NCBI GenBank assembly: GCA_041695105.1
Contig: JBGFRN010000040.1
Location: 1-33,365 of the forward strand
DNA: 33,365 nt
Origin: Bacillota bacterium
GTDB lineage: Bacteria; Bacillota; Sulfobacillia; JAMDAP01; JAJYMS01
Direction: 5' to 3'
The number at the start of each line of letters is the position of its first letter. Position 1 is the first letter of the stretch. A program made the position numbers and the translations under genes. Shown piece by piece: positions 10,944 to 20,229 of this stretch. The notes below the pieces were generated by a model. The model worked only from the letters and a program-made list of their open reading frames with translations, had not been told where the DNA came from and made no database searches.

Positions 10944-12833
10944 ATGAATCTGGTCGCTGGCGAATATGACATTGTAGTAGTCGGGGCCGGTCACGCTGGT
11001 TGCGAGGCAGCCCTGGCGGCGGCCAGGATGGGGCGGAGAACCCTGGTTCTGACCACCAATCTGGAGAATATCGCCCTGATGGCCTGCAACCCATCGGTCG
11101 GGGGGCCGGCCAAGGGGCATTTAGTGCGAGAGGTTGACGCCTTGGGTGGGCAGATGGGGTTAACCACCGACCTCACCGCGATTCAGGTTCGGATGCTCAA
11201 TACCGGCAAGGGACCGGCGGTCCAATCGCTGCGGGCGCAAGTCGACAAGAAGGCTTATCAGGCCGGGATGCGCCGTATCCTTGAGGCCCAGCCCAACCTT
11301 CAGGTCAAGCAGGCCCTGGTCGGGGAAATCATGGTTATGGATGGCCGGGTGAGCGGCGTCCGCACCCGGAACGGGATCGTCTACCGGGCTTGCGCGGTAA
11401 TCCTGGCCTCCGGGACCTATCTTGAGGGAAGAACCATTGTCGGGGAGACTGTCACCCAGGCCGGCCCGAGCGGGCAGCTCCCGGCGACGGGCTTGTCCAA
11501 ATCCCTAAGCGGCCTGGGTTTGTCCCTTAGGCGGTTTAAGACCGGCACACCCCCGCGGGTTGACGGGCGGACCGTCGATTTCTTAAAGATGGTTGAGCAG
11601 CCGGGGGACGAATATCCATGGCAGTTCTCTTTCGTGAGCGATCCCAAGCCCAGGGTGCAGGTATCTTGCTGGCTCACTTATACTGGAGCCGAGTCGCACC
11701 GGATTATCCGGGAGAACCTGCACCGCGCCCCGATGTATTCCGGGGCGATCCAAGGAGTTGGACCCCGGTACTGTCCTTCTATCGAAGACAAGGTCGTCCG
11801 CTTCGCCGGGAAGCCCGGGCATCAGATCTTCCTTGAGCCGGAGGGGCGGGATACCCACGAAATGTACGTGGCCGGCCTTTCGACCTCGTTGCCAGAAGAT
11901 GTTCAGTGGGAGCTGCTCCGGAGTATACCAGGCCTGGAACGGGCTGAAATCATGCGGCCGGGATACGCCATTGAATATGATTCCCTGGATCCGACCCAAC
12001 TCACCCCTGGGCTTGAAGTTAAAGCCATTCCGGGCCTGTTCGCGGCCGGCCAGGCCAACGGCAGCTCGGGGTATGAAGAGGCGGCCGCCCAGGGGCTGAT
12101 CGCTGGGATCAATGCCGTTCTCTCCCTGCGGGGGCCCGATCGGTTTTTCCTGCGCCGGGACGAGGCCTACATCGGGGTGCTGATCGACGATCTGGTTACC
12201 AAGGGGACGGCCGAACCATACCGGATGATGACCGCCCGGGCCGAGTACCGGCTGCTGCTCCGCCAGGATAACGCTGACCGGCGGCTGACTCCCGCCGGGC
12301 GAACGGTCGGTCTGGTCGGCAACCACCGTTGGGAAGTGTTTTCTCGCAAGGTCGAGGCCATCCGCGAGGAGTGCGCGCGCCTGGCCCGAACCCCGGTGCG
12401 CCCGGATTCTGAGGTTAACGCCCGGTTGCGGGAGATCGGCTCGGTCGAGCTGACCCAGGCGGTTAGCGCCGAGAGCCTGCTGCGCCGGCCTGAGGTGGGA
12501 TATGATGAGTTAATCCGGATTGGATCGGGGCGCCAGGAGCTTCCCTTTGAGGTCAGGCGCGAGGTCGAGGTCGATTTGAAGTACCGGGGGTACGTTGCCA
12601 AGCAGGAGGTGCAGGTTGAGAGGTTCCGGCGGATGGAGGCGCGCGAACTTCCTGACGACCTTAACTACGAGGCCGTCGGGGCGCTCTCAAGCGAGGCCCG
12701 TCAGAAACTGGGCAGGATCCGCCCGCGAACCCTGGGTCAGGCCTCTCGAATCTCAGGGGTTTCGCCGGCTGATATTTCGGTGCTGATGATCTATTTAGAG
12801 GGCCGGGGGAGGGGTGCGACTGGTGGAAGTTAG
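10944..12833 (+). CDS. mnmG: tRNA uridine modification enzyme MnmG/GidA
   Basis: [37 protein letters not shown]. Confidence 0.98.
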   Translation: MNLVAGEYDIVVVGAGHAGCEAALAAARMGRRTLVLTTNLENIALMACNPSVGGPAKGHLVREVDALGGQMGLTTDLTAIQVRMLNTGKGPAVQSLRAQVDKKAYQAGMRRILEAQPNLQVKQALVGEIMVMDGRVSGVRTRNGIVYRACAVILASGTYLEGRTIVGETVTQAGPSGQLPATGLSKSLSGLGLSLRRFKTGTPPRVDGRTVDFLKMVEQPGDEYPWQFSFVSDPKPRVQVSCWLTYTGAESHRIIRENLHRAPMYSGAIQGVGPRYCPSIEDKVVRFAGKPGHQIFLEPEGRDTHEMYVAGLSTSLPEDVQWELLRSIPGLERAEIMRPGYAIEYDSLDPTQLTPGLEVKAIPGLFAAGQANGSSGYEEAAAQGLIAGINAVLSLRGPDRFFLRRDEAYIGVLIDDLVTKGTAEPYRMMTARAEYRLLLRQDNADRRLTPAGRTVGLVGNHRWEVFSRKVEAIREECARLARTPVRPDSEVNARLREIGSVELTQAVSAESLLRRPEVGYDELIRIGSGRQELPFEVRREVEVDLKYRGYVAKQEVQVERFRRMEARELPDDLNYEAVGALSSEARQKLGRIRPRTLGQASRISGVSPADISVLMIYLEGRGRGATGGS

Positions 12834-13542
12834 GGAACACCTGGTCCGGGGGGCGGCCGAGTTGGGGCTGACACTTACGGGCGAGGCCCTTGACCGATTT
12901 TCGGTTTACTTCCGGCGCCTGGTCGACTATAACCAAAAGGTCAATCTAACCGCCATCACCACGGCTGAGGGGGTGGCTATTAAACACTTTCTCGATTCGC
13001 TTTCTTGCCTGACCGCCTACCACCCGCCAGAGGGAGCCTCTTTGGTCGATGTCGGTACCGGCGCGGGTTTCCCCGGGGTGCCGCTCAAGATTGCCCGCCC
13101 AGACCTGAGGGTCACCCTGGTCGACTCGCTCAGGAAGCGTATGACCTTCCTGGAGGAGCTGGTTCGGGATCTTGGGCTCGACCAGACCGAACTGGTGTGC
13201 GCTCGCGTCGAGGAGGTTGGGCGCAGGGCGGAACACCGGGAGGCATATGATGTCGCGACCGCCCGGGCCGTGGCCAGGCTGAGCGTGCTCTGCGAGTATT
13301 GCTTGCCGCTGGTGAGGGTGGGCGGGACTTTCTTGGCGATGAAGGGTTCAGAGGGCGGCCAAGAGGCCGGTCAGTCGATCGAGGCCATCCGGACGCTCGG
13401 CGGCGATCTGATCAGGACGCCGTGGTTCGCGCTCCCCCTGGCGGGGGATCAACGCACTATTATCGTCATTGCCAAGCGATTGGCCACGCCGGCGGGGTTT
13501 CCCCGGCGCCCGGGAGTGGCCGAGAAGCGGCCGCTGTCCTGA
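12814..13542 (+). CDS. rsmG: 16S rRNA m7G527 methyltransferase RsmG/GidB
   Basis: [26 protein letters not shown]. Confidence 0.97.
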   Translation: MRLVEVREHLVRGAAELGLTLTGEALDRFSVYFRRLVDYNQKVNLTAITTAEGVAIKHFLDSLSCLTAYHPPEGASLVDVGTGAGFPGVPLKIARPDLRVTLVDSLRKRMTFLEELVRDLGLDQTELVCARVEEVGRRAEHREAYDVATARAVARLSVLCEYCLPLVRVGGTFLAMKGSEGGQEAGQSIEAIRTLGGDLIRTPWFALPLAGDQRTIIVIAKRLATPAGFPRRPGVAEKRPLS

Positions 13543-13628
13543 GAAAAGTTTTGATGAAAAGTGGCGCGAAAAGGGTTGGCGGTCGTGCAGGGCGAAACCA
13601 TTCGGGGGGTCACAGGAGGGTGGTCGGG

Positions 13629-14405
13629 ATGGGCAGGATTATCGCCGTTGCCAACCAGAAGGGCGGGGTGGGCAAGACTACCACCGCGATCAATCTTTCG
13701 GCTGGGCTGGCCCTGCTGGGAAAAAAAGTCTTGGCCGTTGATATTGACCCACAGGGAAACACGACCAGCGGTCTGGGTATTGATAAGAGGTCGCTGGAGA
13801 AATCGATCTACGATGTCCTGGTCGACGGGTCGCCGGTCTTTCAGGCCGTCATCCCGACTGGCGTTGAGGGCCTGCACCTGCTTCCCTCAACCATGGATCT
13901 GGCTGGTGCCGAGATTGAACTGGTCCCGGCCCTGTCCCGGGAGTACAAGCTGAAGAAGGCCCTCAGTGAGATCCGTGAGCGCTATGACTTCGTTTTAATC
14001 GATTGCCCCCCGTCGCTGGGCCTGCTCACCATCAATGCCCTTACGGCGGCCGATTCACTCCTCGTCCCGATTCAGTGCGAGTATTACGCCCTGGAGGGGC
14101 TGACCCACCTGATGAGCACGTTTAAGTTGGTGCAGGCCAACCTTAATCCGGGGCTGGAGATTGAGGGAGTGGTCCTGACGATGTTTGATGGGCGGACCAA
14201 TCTCTCGATTCAGGTGGCTGAGGAGGTTAAAAGGTTCTTTAGGGGGAAGGTCTACCGCAGCGTCATAGCCCGGAACGTTCGACTGAGCGAGGCGCCGAGC
14301 CATGGCAAGGCCATTCACGCTTACGATCCGAGATCAAAAGGGGCCGAGGCTTACGCCGAGTTGGCCAGGGAGGTAGCCGAGAGTGTTGAAGCGAGGGCTG
14401 GGTAA
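13629..14405 (+). CDS. parA: ParA/Soj partitioning ATPase
   Basis: MGRIIAVANQKGGVGKTTT, DPQGN, DCPPSLG, RLSEAPS; start moved to ATG 13629 behind GGAGG. Confidence 0.97.
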   Translation: MGRIIAVANQKGGVGKTTTAINLSAGLALLGKKVLAVDIDPQGNTTSGLGIDKRSLEKSIYDVLVDGSPVFQAVIPTGVEGLHLLPSTMDLAGAEIELVPALSREYKLKKALSEIRERYDFVLIDCPPSLGLLTINALTAADSLLVPIQCEYYALEGLTHLMSTFKLVQANLNPGLEIEGVVLTMFDGRTNLSIQVAEEVKRFFRGKVYRSVIARNVRLSEAPSHGKAIHAYDPRSKGAEAYAELAREVAESVEARAG

Positions 14406-15282
14406 GGGCCTGGGGGCGCTGATCGGGGAGAGCGAGAGCGCCGAGCGTGCCGGGGTTCAGGAGATTGAGATCTCCCGCGTCGTTCCCAACGCCGATCAGC
14501 CACGCAAGCAATTCGACCGCGTCAAACTTGAGGAGCTCGCCTCCTCAATTCGAGAGCACGGGGTAGTCCAGCCGGTAATCGTCCGCCAGCGCGGCGACCG
14601 CTTTGAACTGGTGGCCGGAGAGAGACGTTGGCGAGCGGCCGGGCTGGCCGGGTTGAGGACCATCCCGGCTGTCGTCAGGGAACTATCCGAGACGCAGGTC
14701 ATGGAGATCGCCCTGATCGAAAACCTTCAGCGGGAAGACCTTAACCCTATGGAGGAGGCCGAGGCTTTCCGGCGGCTGATTCAAGAATTCGGCCTAACTC
14801 AGGAGGATCTCGCGAAGCGCCTGGGTAAGAGTCGCCCCCAAATCAGCAACACTATGCGCCTGCTAGGCTTGTCCGGGCCTGTCAGGGAAATGGTTGCGGC
14901 CGGGCAGATCTCTATGGGTCATGCTAAGGCCCTCATGAGCCTTGAGGACGGGCCTCGTCAGGTCGAGATCGCCAGGAGAATTGTGGACTCGGGCTGTTCG
15001 GTTCGTGAGGCCGAGGCAATGGTTAAGGTGGCCTCGGGCCCGCCTGGGCCGAGTTCAAGTTCTAGGCCCGCAGCTCTGGGGCAGCAGAGGGCTGCTTGGT
15101 CTTCGTCCCGGAACCCAGAGGTCGCGCGGCTTGAGGCCGAGCTCCGGGCGAGGCTTGGCACTCCGGTTTCGATTCTTCCTGGGCATCCAAAAGGGAAAAT
15201 CGAAATAAGCTTTTTTGGCGACGAGGACCTTAGTCGTCTGGTTGAGCTTCTGGTAGCCGAGGATAGGGAAGGCACCGCTTAA
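14383..15282 (+). CDS. parB: ParB/Spo0J partitioning protein
   Basis: RGLGKGLGALI, QPRK, AGERRWRA, ENLQREDL, HTH. Confidence 0.97.
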   Translation: MLKRGLGKGLGALIGESESAERAGVQEIEISRVVPNADQPRKQFDRVKLEELASSIREHGVVQPVIVRQRGDRFELVAGERRWRAAGLAGLRTIPAVVRELSETQVMEIALIENLQREDLNPMEEAEAFRRLIQEFGLTQEDLAKRLGKSRPQISNTMRLLGLSGPVREMVAAGQISMGHAKALMSLEDGPRQVEIARRIVDSGCSVREAEAMVKVASGPPGPSSSSRPAALGQQRAAWSSSRNPEVARLEAELRARLGTPVSILPGHPKGKIEISFFGDEDLSRLVELLVAEDREGTA

Positions 15283-15298
15283 GGTTCCACGTGGAACA
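15283..15298. promoter_or_regulatory. parS centromere-like site
   Basis: GGTTCCACGTGGAACA with 14-bp perfect palindrome core GTTCCACGTGGAAC, immediately after the parB stop. Confidence 0.9.
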
Positions 15299-15336
15299 CC
15301 GGAAAGAGGGACTGCTGGAAGAGGGGAGCCCCAGTC

Positions 15337-15849
15337 GTGCAATCGATTCTCCAGTACCTGCCTACGTGGATTATAGAGAATAAGGACAGCCTTGCGATTG
15401 CCTCATGGGCGGTCTCAGCTTTGGCGCTGGCCTTTGGTCTGGCTTCCTTGCTGGCCACCAAGAAAGCCGGGGAGACCTACCGCCGGCTGATGATTGGGCC
15501 GGGGGCAGAGGATCTGCATCAGATCCTTTCGGAGCAGGCCGGCGCGGTGCGAGACCTTCAGACAGAGGTGGCCCGTTTGCGGGCCGAGAACCAGCAACTT
15601 CGTGACGAGGCAGTGGGGCACCTCCAGCACTTTGGCATGCTGAGGTATAACGCCTTTGCCGAGACCGGGAGCGACCTGAGCTTTTCGGTGGCCTGGCTCG
15701 ACGGCCGTAGGGACGGGCTCGTCCTGACCAGCCTTTACGGGCGCCAGGAGTCCAGGGTCTACGCCAAGCCAGTCAAAAACGGGCTTTCAAACTATAGCCT
15801 GACCGAGGAAGAAAAAAGAGCCATCGAGGCGGCCCTTAGACAACAGTGA
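15337..15849 (+). CDS. DUF4446 family protein
   Basis: N-terminal TM, coiled coil, RYNAFAETGSDLSFS...SLYGRQESRVYAKP...LTEEE; usual position after parB. Confidence 0.85.
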   Translation: MQSILQYLPTWIIENKDSLAIASWAVSALALAFGLASLLATKKAGETYRRLMIGPGAEDLHQILSEQAGAVRDLQTEVARLRAENQQLRDEAVGHLQHFGMLRYNAFAETGSDLSFSVAWLDGRRDGLVLTSLYGRQESRVYAKPVKNGLSNYSLTEEEKRAIEAALRQQ

Positions 15850-15851
15850 GC

Positions 15852-16454
15852 CTAGACGCCGGCCGCGGTCTGGGTCAGCCGCGAGAAGCTCTCCCGGACC
15901 GCCGTGGCTATTACCTTGGACATCTTGACCACCAGGCTAAGGCGGGTGTTCTGGAGGACGAAATACTCCATGAAACCCCCGACGTTGACCACGCCGGTAA
16001 TATAGATCTCGCCCACCGGAGGGAGATCCTTATTGACCCCGGCCCCGGGCCGCAGGGCACCGCGCCCGGCGGTTATTGTGCCGACCGAATCAAGCCGCCC
16101 CAGGCAGGCATCAATGGCGACGACCAGGGGACGGCGATGGCGCTGGCCCATCCAGTTGATCGTATCCCTCAGATTTGAGGCGTGAACCGGCGACTCAAGG
16201 GTGCCGTAGACCGGATCGGTGAAGGAGTAGCTATCCAACAAGAAGTGGCCAACTAGCGGTCCGAGAGAATCTCCTGTTGAGCGATCAGTTCCAACGCATA
16301 AGACGACCAGGTCGTCGAAGGGTTCCCTGATCTCCGATATCATCTGCTCCAGGGCTCGGGCTAGAAGGATTGAGGCGCCAGGCTCATCGACGTTGATCTT
16401 GATCTCATTGCCACAAGGCTGGTATATTCGCTGCATCGGTTGTCCTTCGGGCAT
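15852..16454 (-). CDS. yyaC: Spore protease YyaC (DUF1256)
   Basis: CVGTDRSTGDSLGPLVG, PVHASNL, AIDACLG, LQNTRL; ATG 16454 behind AGGAGG. Confidence 0.93.
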   Translation of the reverse strand: MPEGQPMQRIYQPCGNEIKINVDEPGASILLARALEQMISEIREPFDDLVVLCVGTDRSTGDSLGPLVGHFLLDSYSFTDPVYGTLESPVHASNLRDTINWMGQRHRRPLVVAIDACLGRLDSVGTITAGRGALRPGAGVNKDLPPVGEIYITGVVNVGGFMEYFVLQNTRLSLVVKMSKVIATAVRESFSRLTQTAAGV

Positions 16455-16607
16455 CGGCTTTCCTCCTGCCACCCTCTAGGTGATAAGAGTATACGAATGA
16501 GGTGGCGAAAGTATTCAGCCAGGCCAGAGGCCCGAGGCACCCGGCCCCAACCGGGGTGGAAGGAATATCCAGGCCCGGCGGCGAAGAGTCCTCGCCGGTG
16601 AGGAAAA

Positions 16608-17633
16608 ATGAGGCTAATGCCGAAAAGTGGTATCCTGGCGGGCTTTTTTATTGTATTGGTTTTTGTCGCGAGTCTCCAACTAAAAACCAAAGAGCCCCTG
16701 GCCACCGCCCCGGACCAAAACCAGCCTGCGGCTGGCCAGCTCTGGGCCGGGCACGTTGGGGGCGATTCACTGGTCACCTGGGAAGGCGATGACCGCCTGG
16801 CCGTGATCAGCCGGGAGGGAACGGCCCTTCGAGTCAAGCGGTTCAGTCCCCGGGGGGCGCTTCAGGGCGAAACTCTGGTTCAAATCCCGGAACCTGGGCA
16901 GCTTCAGGCCTCGGGAGGGAGCCTGGTGAGTTTGGGGCCTGATGGAAGGCTGTCACAGCAAAACACCCGGGGGCGGCTCCTTTGGAGCCGGGCGATCAAC
17001 GGGCAGGCCAGGATCCTCGACCTCTGCGGGGGAGAAGGCGTCTTGGTCGCAGTAAAAAGCCAGGGGGCAACGGCCGCTGAGACTCTTTACCTGCTGGATG
17101 GCACGGGCCAAACCATCTGGACCTACGGGCCGGTGGCCGGGGTCTTCACGGCGGCCTCAGGGTCTGCCCCCGATGGAACGGCCGCGGCAGCTTGGGTCAG
17201 GGCCCAGGGAGGAACCGGGGGACACCTGATTGTAATCGACCCGACCGGGCGGTCGGTCTTAAGACGGGATTACCCTGAGCCCATCCATCGCCTTCAGATC
17301 GGAGCGGGCGGCCCCGGGGGCGGCCTCCTCGTACTGGCCGCGGGACACCGGGTCGAGGCCCTGGAGCCCGGGGGAGAAAGGCTTTTCTCTTGGAACGGAT
17401 CCTCGCTTCCGACCGGGGCCTTTTTCCTGAGGAACCGGATCGGGGTATTCCTGGGGTCCAAATTGCAGATTCTGGACCTGGCCGGACGTCAGGTCGAGAC
17501 CATTCCTCTGGCCGAGCCCCCCCTTCGAGCCGAAATTAGTCCGGCCCAGGACAAGATCGCTATCCTAGGCGAGCAGGGCAAGCTGTTTATTTACCGGCTG
17601 GATAATCTGACAAGCGAGGCCAAAATGAACTAA
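16608..17633 (+). CDS. Exported/membrane-anchored hypothetical protein, probable beta-propeller (PQQ/DUF5711-like)
   Basis: N-terminal hydrophobic segment; repeated (D/x)xxGxxxW-type units (RGRLLWS, DGTGQTIWT, DPTGRSV, DLAGRQV). Confidence 0.6.
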   Translation: MRLMPKSGILAGFFIVLVFVASLQLKTKEPLATAPDQNQPAAGQLWAGHVGGDSLVTWEGDDRLAVISREGTALRVKRFSPRGALQGETLVQIPEPGQLQASGGSLVSLGPDGRLSQQNTRGRLLWSRAINGQARILDLCGGEGVLVAVKSQGATAAETLYLLDGTGQTIWTYGPVAGVFTAASGSAPDGTAAAAWVRAQGGTGGHLIVIDPTGRSVLRRDYPEPIHRLQIGAGGPGGGLLVLAAGHRVEALEPGGERLFSWNGSSLPTGAFFLRNRIGVFLGSKLQILDLAGRQVETIPLAEPPLRAEISPAQDKIAILGEQGKLFIYRLDNLTSEAKMN

Positions 17634-17645
17634 ACCTAACCCAAG

Positions 17646-17674
17646 AAGGATTTCCGAACCCTCTTATTGAATAA
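17646..17674 (+). promoter_or_regulatory. Candidate sigmaH-type promoter upstream of the liv binding-protein gene
   Basis: AAGGATTT...TTGAATAA, AGGA-N18-GAAT spacing. Confidence 0.45.
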
Positions 17675-17796
17675 TAGGCACCTTGAATTCTGACAATGGT
17701 CTCGCCGTCAGAACGGAGGTGAAGAGTCCTCGCGAGCTACAAATTTATCAAGGAACGCCCAACTAGACCATAAAAATTAAGGGGGATACTATTAGC

Positions 17797-18996
17797 GTGT
17801 TTAGGAATCGGATTCTGGTAATCTTCATGGTAGCCTTCCAGGCCCTTAGCCTCCTGGTTGGCTGCGGCGGTCAGCCGGCTGCCACCGACAAAGGAAAGGA
17901 ACCCGCCCCGGCCGCCAAGCCGAAAATCAAGATCGCTTCGATCAGCCCACTCTCTGGTGAGCAGTCCGTCCTCGGCGAATCGATTAAACTGGGCGTCCAA
18001 CTGGCTCTTGAGGAAAACAAGAAGGCCATCGAGGCCCTCGGCTTCCAGGTCGATTTCGTTCCATTGGACGACAAGGCTGACCCGAAGGAAGGCGTCGTCG
18101 TGGCCGAGCGCGCCAAGGCTGACCCCGAGGTACTGGCCATCGTTGGTACCCTGAACTCGGGCACCGCCATTCCGATTTCGGCCAAACTGACCGACGCCAA
18201 TCTGGCCCTGGTCTCCCCGGCCAACACCGCCACTGAGGTTACCGATCGCAAGCTCCCGAACATGAATCGCATTGTGGCCCGCGACGACATTCAGGGCCCG
18301 GCCGCCGCCAACTTCCTGAAGGACGAGGTCAAGGCCAAAGAAATCTTCATCATCCACGATAAGACCGCTTACGGCGAGGGTCTGGCCAAGGAAGTCAAGA
18401 AGACCCTTGACGCGGCCAAGGTCAGCGTGGCCGGTTTTGAGGGTGTTGATAGCAAGGCCACCGACCTTTCGGCCGTTCTTAACGCCGTCAAGGCCAAGAA
18501 AGCCGACGCCATCTTCTATGGAGGCATCTACAGCCAGGGCGGCCTGCTCCTGAAGCAGGCCCGGGAGAAGGGCTTCCAGGGCGCCTTCATTGGCGGTGAC
18601 GGCCTTGATTCTTCCGAAATGGTCAAACTGGCCGGCAAGGCCGTGGTTGGTTCGTATTACACCTCGGTTGCTGACGAGGCCACCAAGACCCCTGAGGGCA
18701 AGGCTTTCTCCGAGCGGTACGAGAAGAAGTTCGGCAAGAAAGTTGAGTCGTTCTCGGCTTACGGCTATGACGCTACCCAGGTTGTTCTAAAGGGCCTGGA
18801 GAAGGCCATCAAGGACAACGGCAATAAGCTGCCCAGCCGTAAGCAGGTCCAGGATGCCATCCGCGGCACCAAGGACTTCAAGGGCGTGCTGACCGCCGTC
18901 ACCTTTGACGACAAGGGCGATAACAAGAACGCTAAGGTCTTCATCTTCCAGTTCAAGGAAGAAAAGTATCCCGCGGCTTCTGTCGGCGCCAAGTAA
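17797..18996 (+). CDS. livJ: Branched-chain amino acid (HAAT) ABC transporter substrate-binding lipoprotein
   Basis: Lipobox LLVGC; SPLSG, DDKADP, GTLNSG, DDIQG, HDKTAYGEGL. Confidence 0.92.
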   Translation: MFRNRILVIFMVAFQALSLLVGCGGQPAATDKGKEPAPAAKPKIKIASISPLSGEQSVLGESIKLGVQLALEENKKAIEALGFQVDFVPLDDKADPKEGVVVAERAKADPEVLAIVGTLNSGTAIPISAKLTDANLALVSPANTATEVTDRKLPNMNRIVARDDIQGPAAANFLKDEVKAKEIFIIHDKTAYGEGLAKEVKKTLDAAKVSVAGFEGVDSKATDLSAVLNAVKAKKADAIFYGGIYSQGGLLLKQAREKGFQGAFIGGDGLDSSEMVKLAGKAVVGSYYTSVADEATKTPEGKAFSERYEKKFGKKVESFSAYGYDATQVVLKGLEKAIKDNGNKLPSRKQVQDAIRGTKDFKGVLTAVTFDDKGDNKNAKVFIFQFKEEKYPAASVGAK

Positions 18997-19013
18997 AGCA
19001 GGCTCGACGAACC

Positions 19014-19050
19014 GGGGGGGGCGGGGAAAAGTCCCCGCCCCTCCCTTTTT
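19014..19050 (+). terminator. Intrinsic terminator after the binding-protein gene
   Basis: GGGGGGGGCGGGGA-aaag-TCCCCGCCCCTCCC followed by T5. Confidence 0.8.
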
Positions 19051-19144
19051 GGTGCGACGCCCCCGGATGGGGCTAGTGCCGCACCGAGCCATGGAGGGCG
19101 GGAGCGCCGTCCGGTTAACCTCCATATAATTTCCGAACCCATAC

Positions 19145-19173
19145 TTTACAAAACGTAACAACGCCACTATTCT
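19145..19173 (+). promoter_or_regulatory. sigmaA-type promoter for livHMGF-cvpA
   Basis: TTTACA-N17-TATTCT in an AT-rich intergenic stretch. Confidence 0.6.
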
Positions 19174-19243
19174 ATCTGTAAATTGTCAAATCTTTTGGCT
19201 ATATGTCACAATAGGCTTAAAATTGTTAGGAGGAAACAACCCG

Positions 19244-20221
19244 GTGAATGAGGCCCTGGCGATTTTGCCCCAGGTTCTCGCTGATGGTCTGGTTTTGGGA
19301 TTCGTCTACGCCATGGTGGCGATAGGCTATACCATGGTCTATGGCGTACTTGAGTTCATTAACTTTGCTCACAGTGAGATTTTCATGGTCGGGGCCTTCA
19401 TTGGAGTGGAAGTACTAATTTTACTCCTACCGAAAAACGCCCCCCCGCTGATCCCCAACGCCCTGGCCGTTATAGCGGCCATTTTGGCGGCGATGATTTT
19501 GTCGGCGTTCCTCGGGGCGCTGATTGAACGGACGGCCTACCGTCCCCTGCGCAACGCACCGCGCTTGGTGCCGCTGATCTCAGCTATCGGTGTTTCATTT
19601 TTCCTTCAGGATATTGTCAGGATACTTCAGGGACTGATTAACAACGACTTCTACCGCCGGCCGCCCGAGGTCTTCGCCGATGCCAGCGGCTCGACCATCA
19701 TGGTCAAGTTCGGCGAGAGCCTGGCCGTACCCCAGAAATCCTTTTGGATAATCGGGATTTGCCTCCTGACTATGGTGATTTTGACCCAGTTCGTCAACCG
19801 GACCAGGTTGGGCAAGGCGATCCGGGCGGTGGCCCAGGACCGGCCGACGGCCAGCCTGATGGGAATCAACGTCGACGCTATCATCACTCTCACCTTTTTC
19901 ATCGGGGCCGGCCTCGGAGGTGTGGCCGGAGTCCTCTACGCCATGCAATATAATATTGTCCACCCCTTCATCGGGTTCATCTTTGGCTTGAAGGCCTTTA
20001 CCGCCGCCGTTTTCGGGGGCATCGGAAACATCCCCGGTGCCATGGTCGGCGGTGTCTTGCTCGGGCTGATCGAGGCGCTCGGGTCGGCCTACCTGGGGAT
20101 GGCCACCGGGGGAGCCTTCGGAGCTGAATATCAGGACGTTTTCGCCTTTGCCATCTTGATTATGGTCCTGATCTTCAAGCCGAGCGGCTTGCTCGGCGAG
20201 ATAGTCCGGGAAAAGGTTTAG
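19244..20221 (+). CDS. livH: HAAT ABC transporter permease LivH
   Basis: AIGYTMVYGVLEFINFAH, GKAIRAVAQD, KAFTAAVFGGIG; GTG start behind AGGAGG. Confidence 0.94.
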   Translation: MNEALAILPQVLADGLVLGFVYAMVAIGYTMVYGVLEFINFAHSEIFMVGAFIGVEVLILLLPKNAPPLIPNALAVIAAILAAMILSAFLGALIERTAYRPLRNAPRLVPLISAIGVSFFLQDIVRILQGLINNDFYRRPPEVFADASGSTIMVKFGESLAVPQKSFWIIGICLLTMVILTQFVNRTRLGKAIRAVAQDRPTASLMGINVDAIITLTFFIGAGLGGVAGVLYAMQYNIVHPFIGFIFGLKAFTAAVFGGIGNIPGAMVGGVLLGLIEALGSAYLGMATGGAFGAEYQDVFAFAILIMVLIFKPSGLLGEIVREKV

Positions 20222-20229
20222 GTGCGACG

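Noticed and set aside
17684-17698. CodY box candidates before livJ (TGAATTCTGACAATG) and livH (about 19170-19200)
   Set aside because: 5-6 mismatches to AATTTTCWGAAAATT; plausible biologically but not supportable by eye
17634-17796. T-box or amino-acid riboswitch ahead of the liv genes
   Set aside because: No T-box GGTGGNACC motif or antiterminator; the leaders are short
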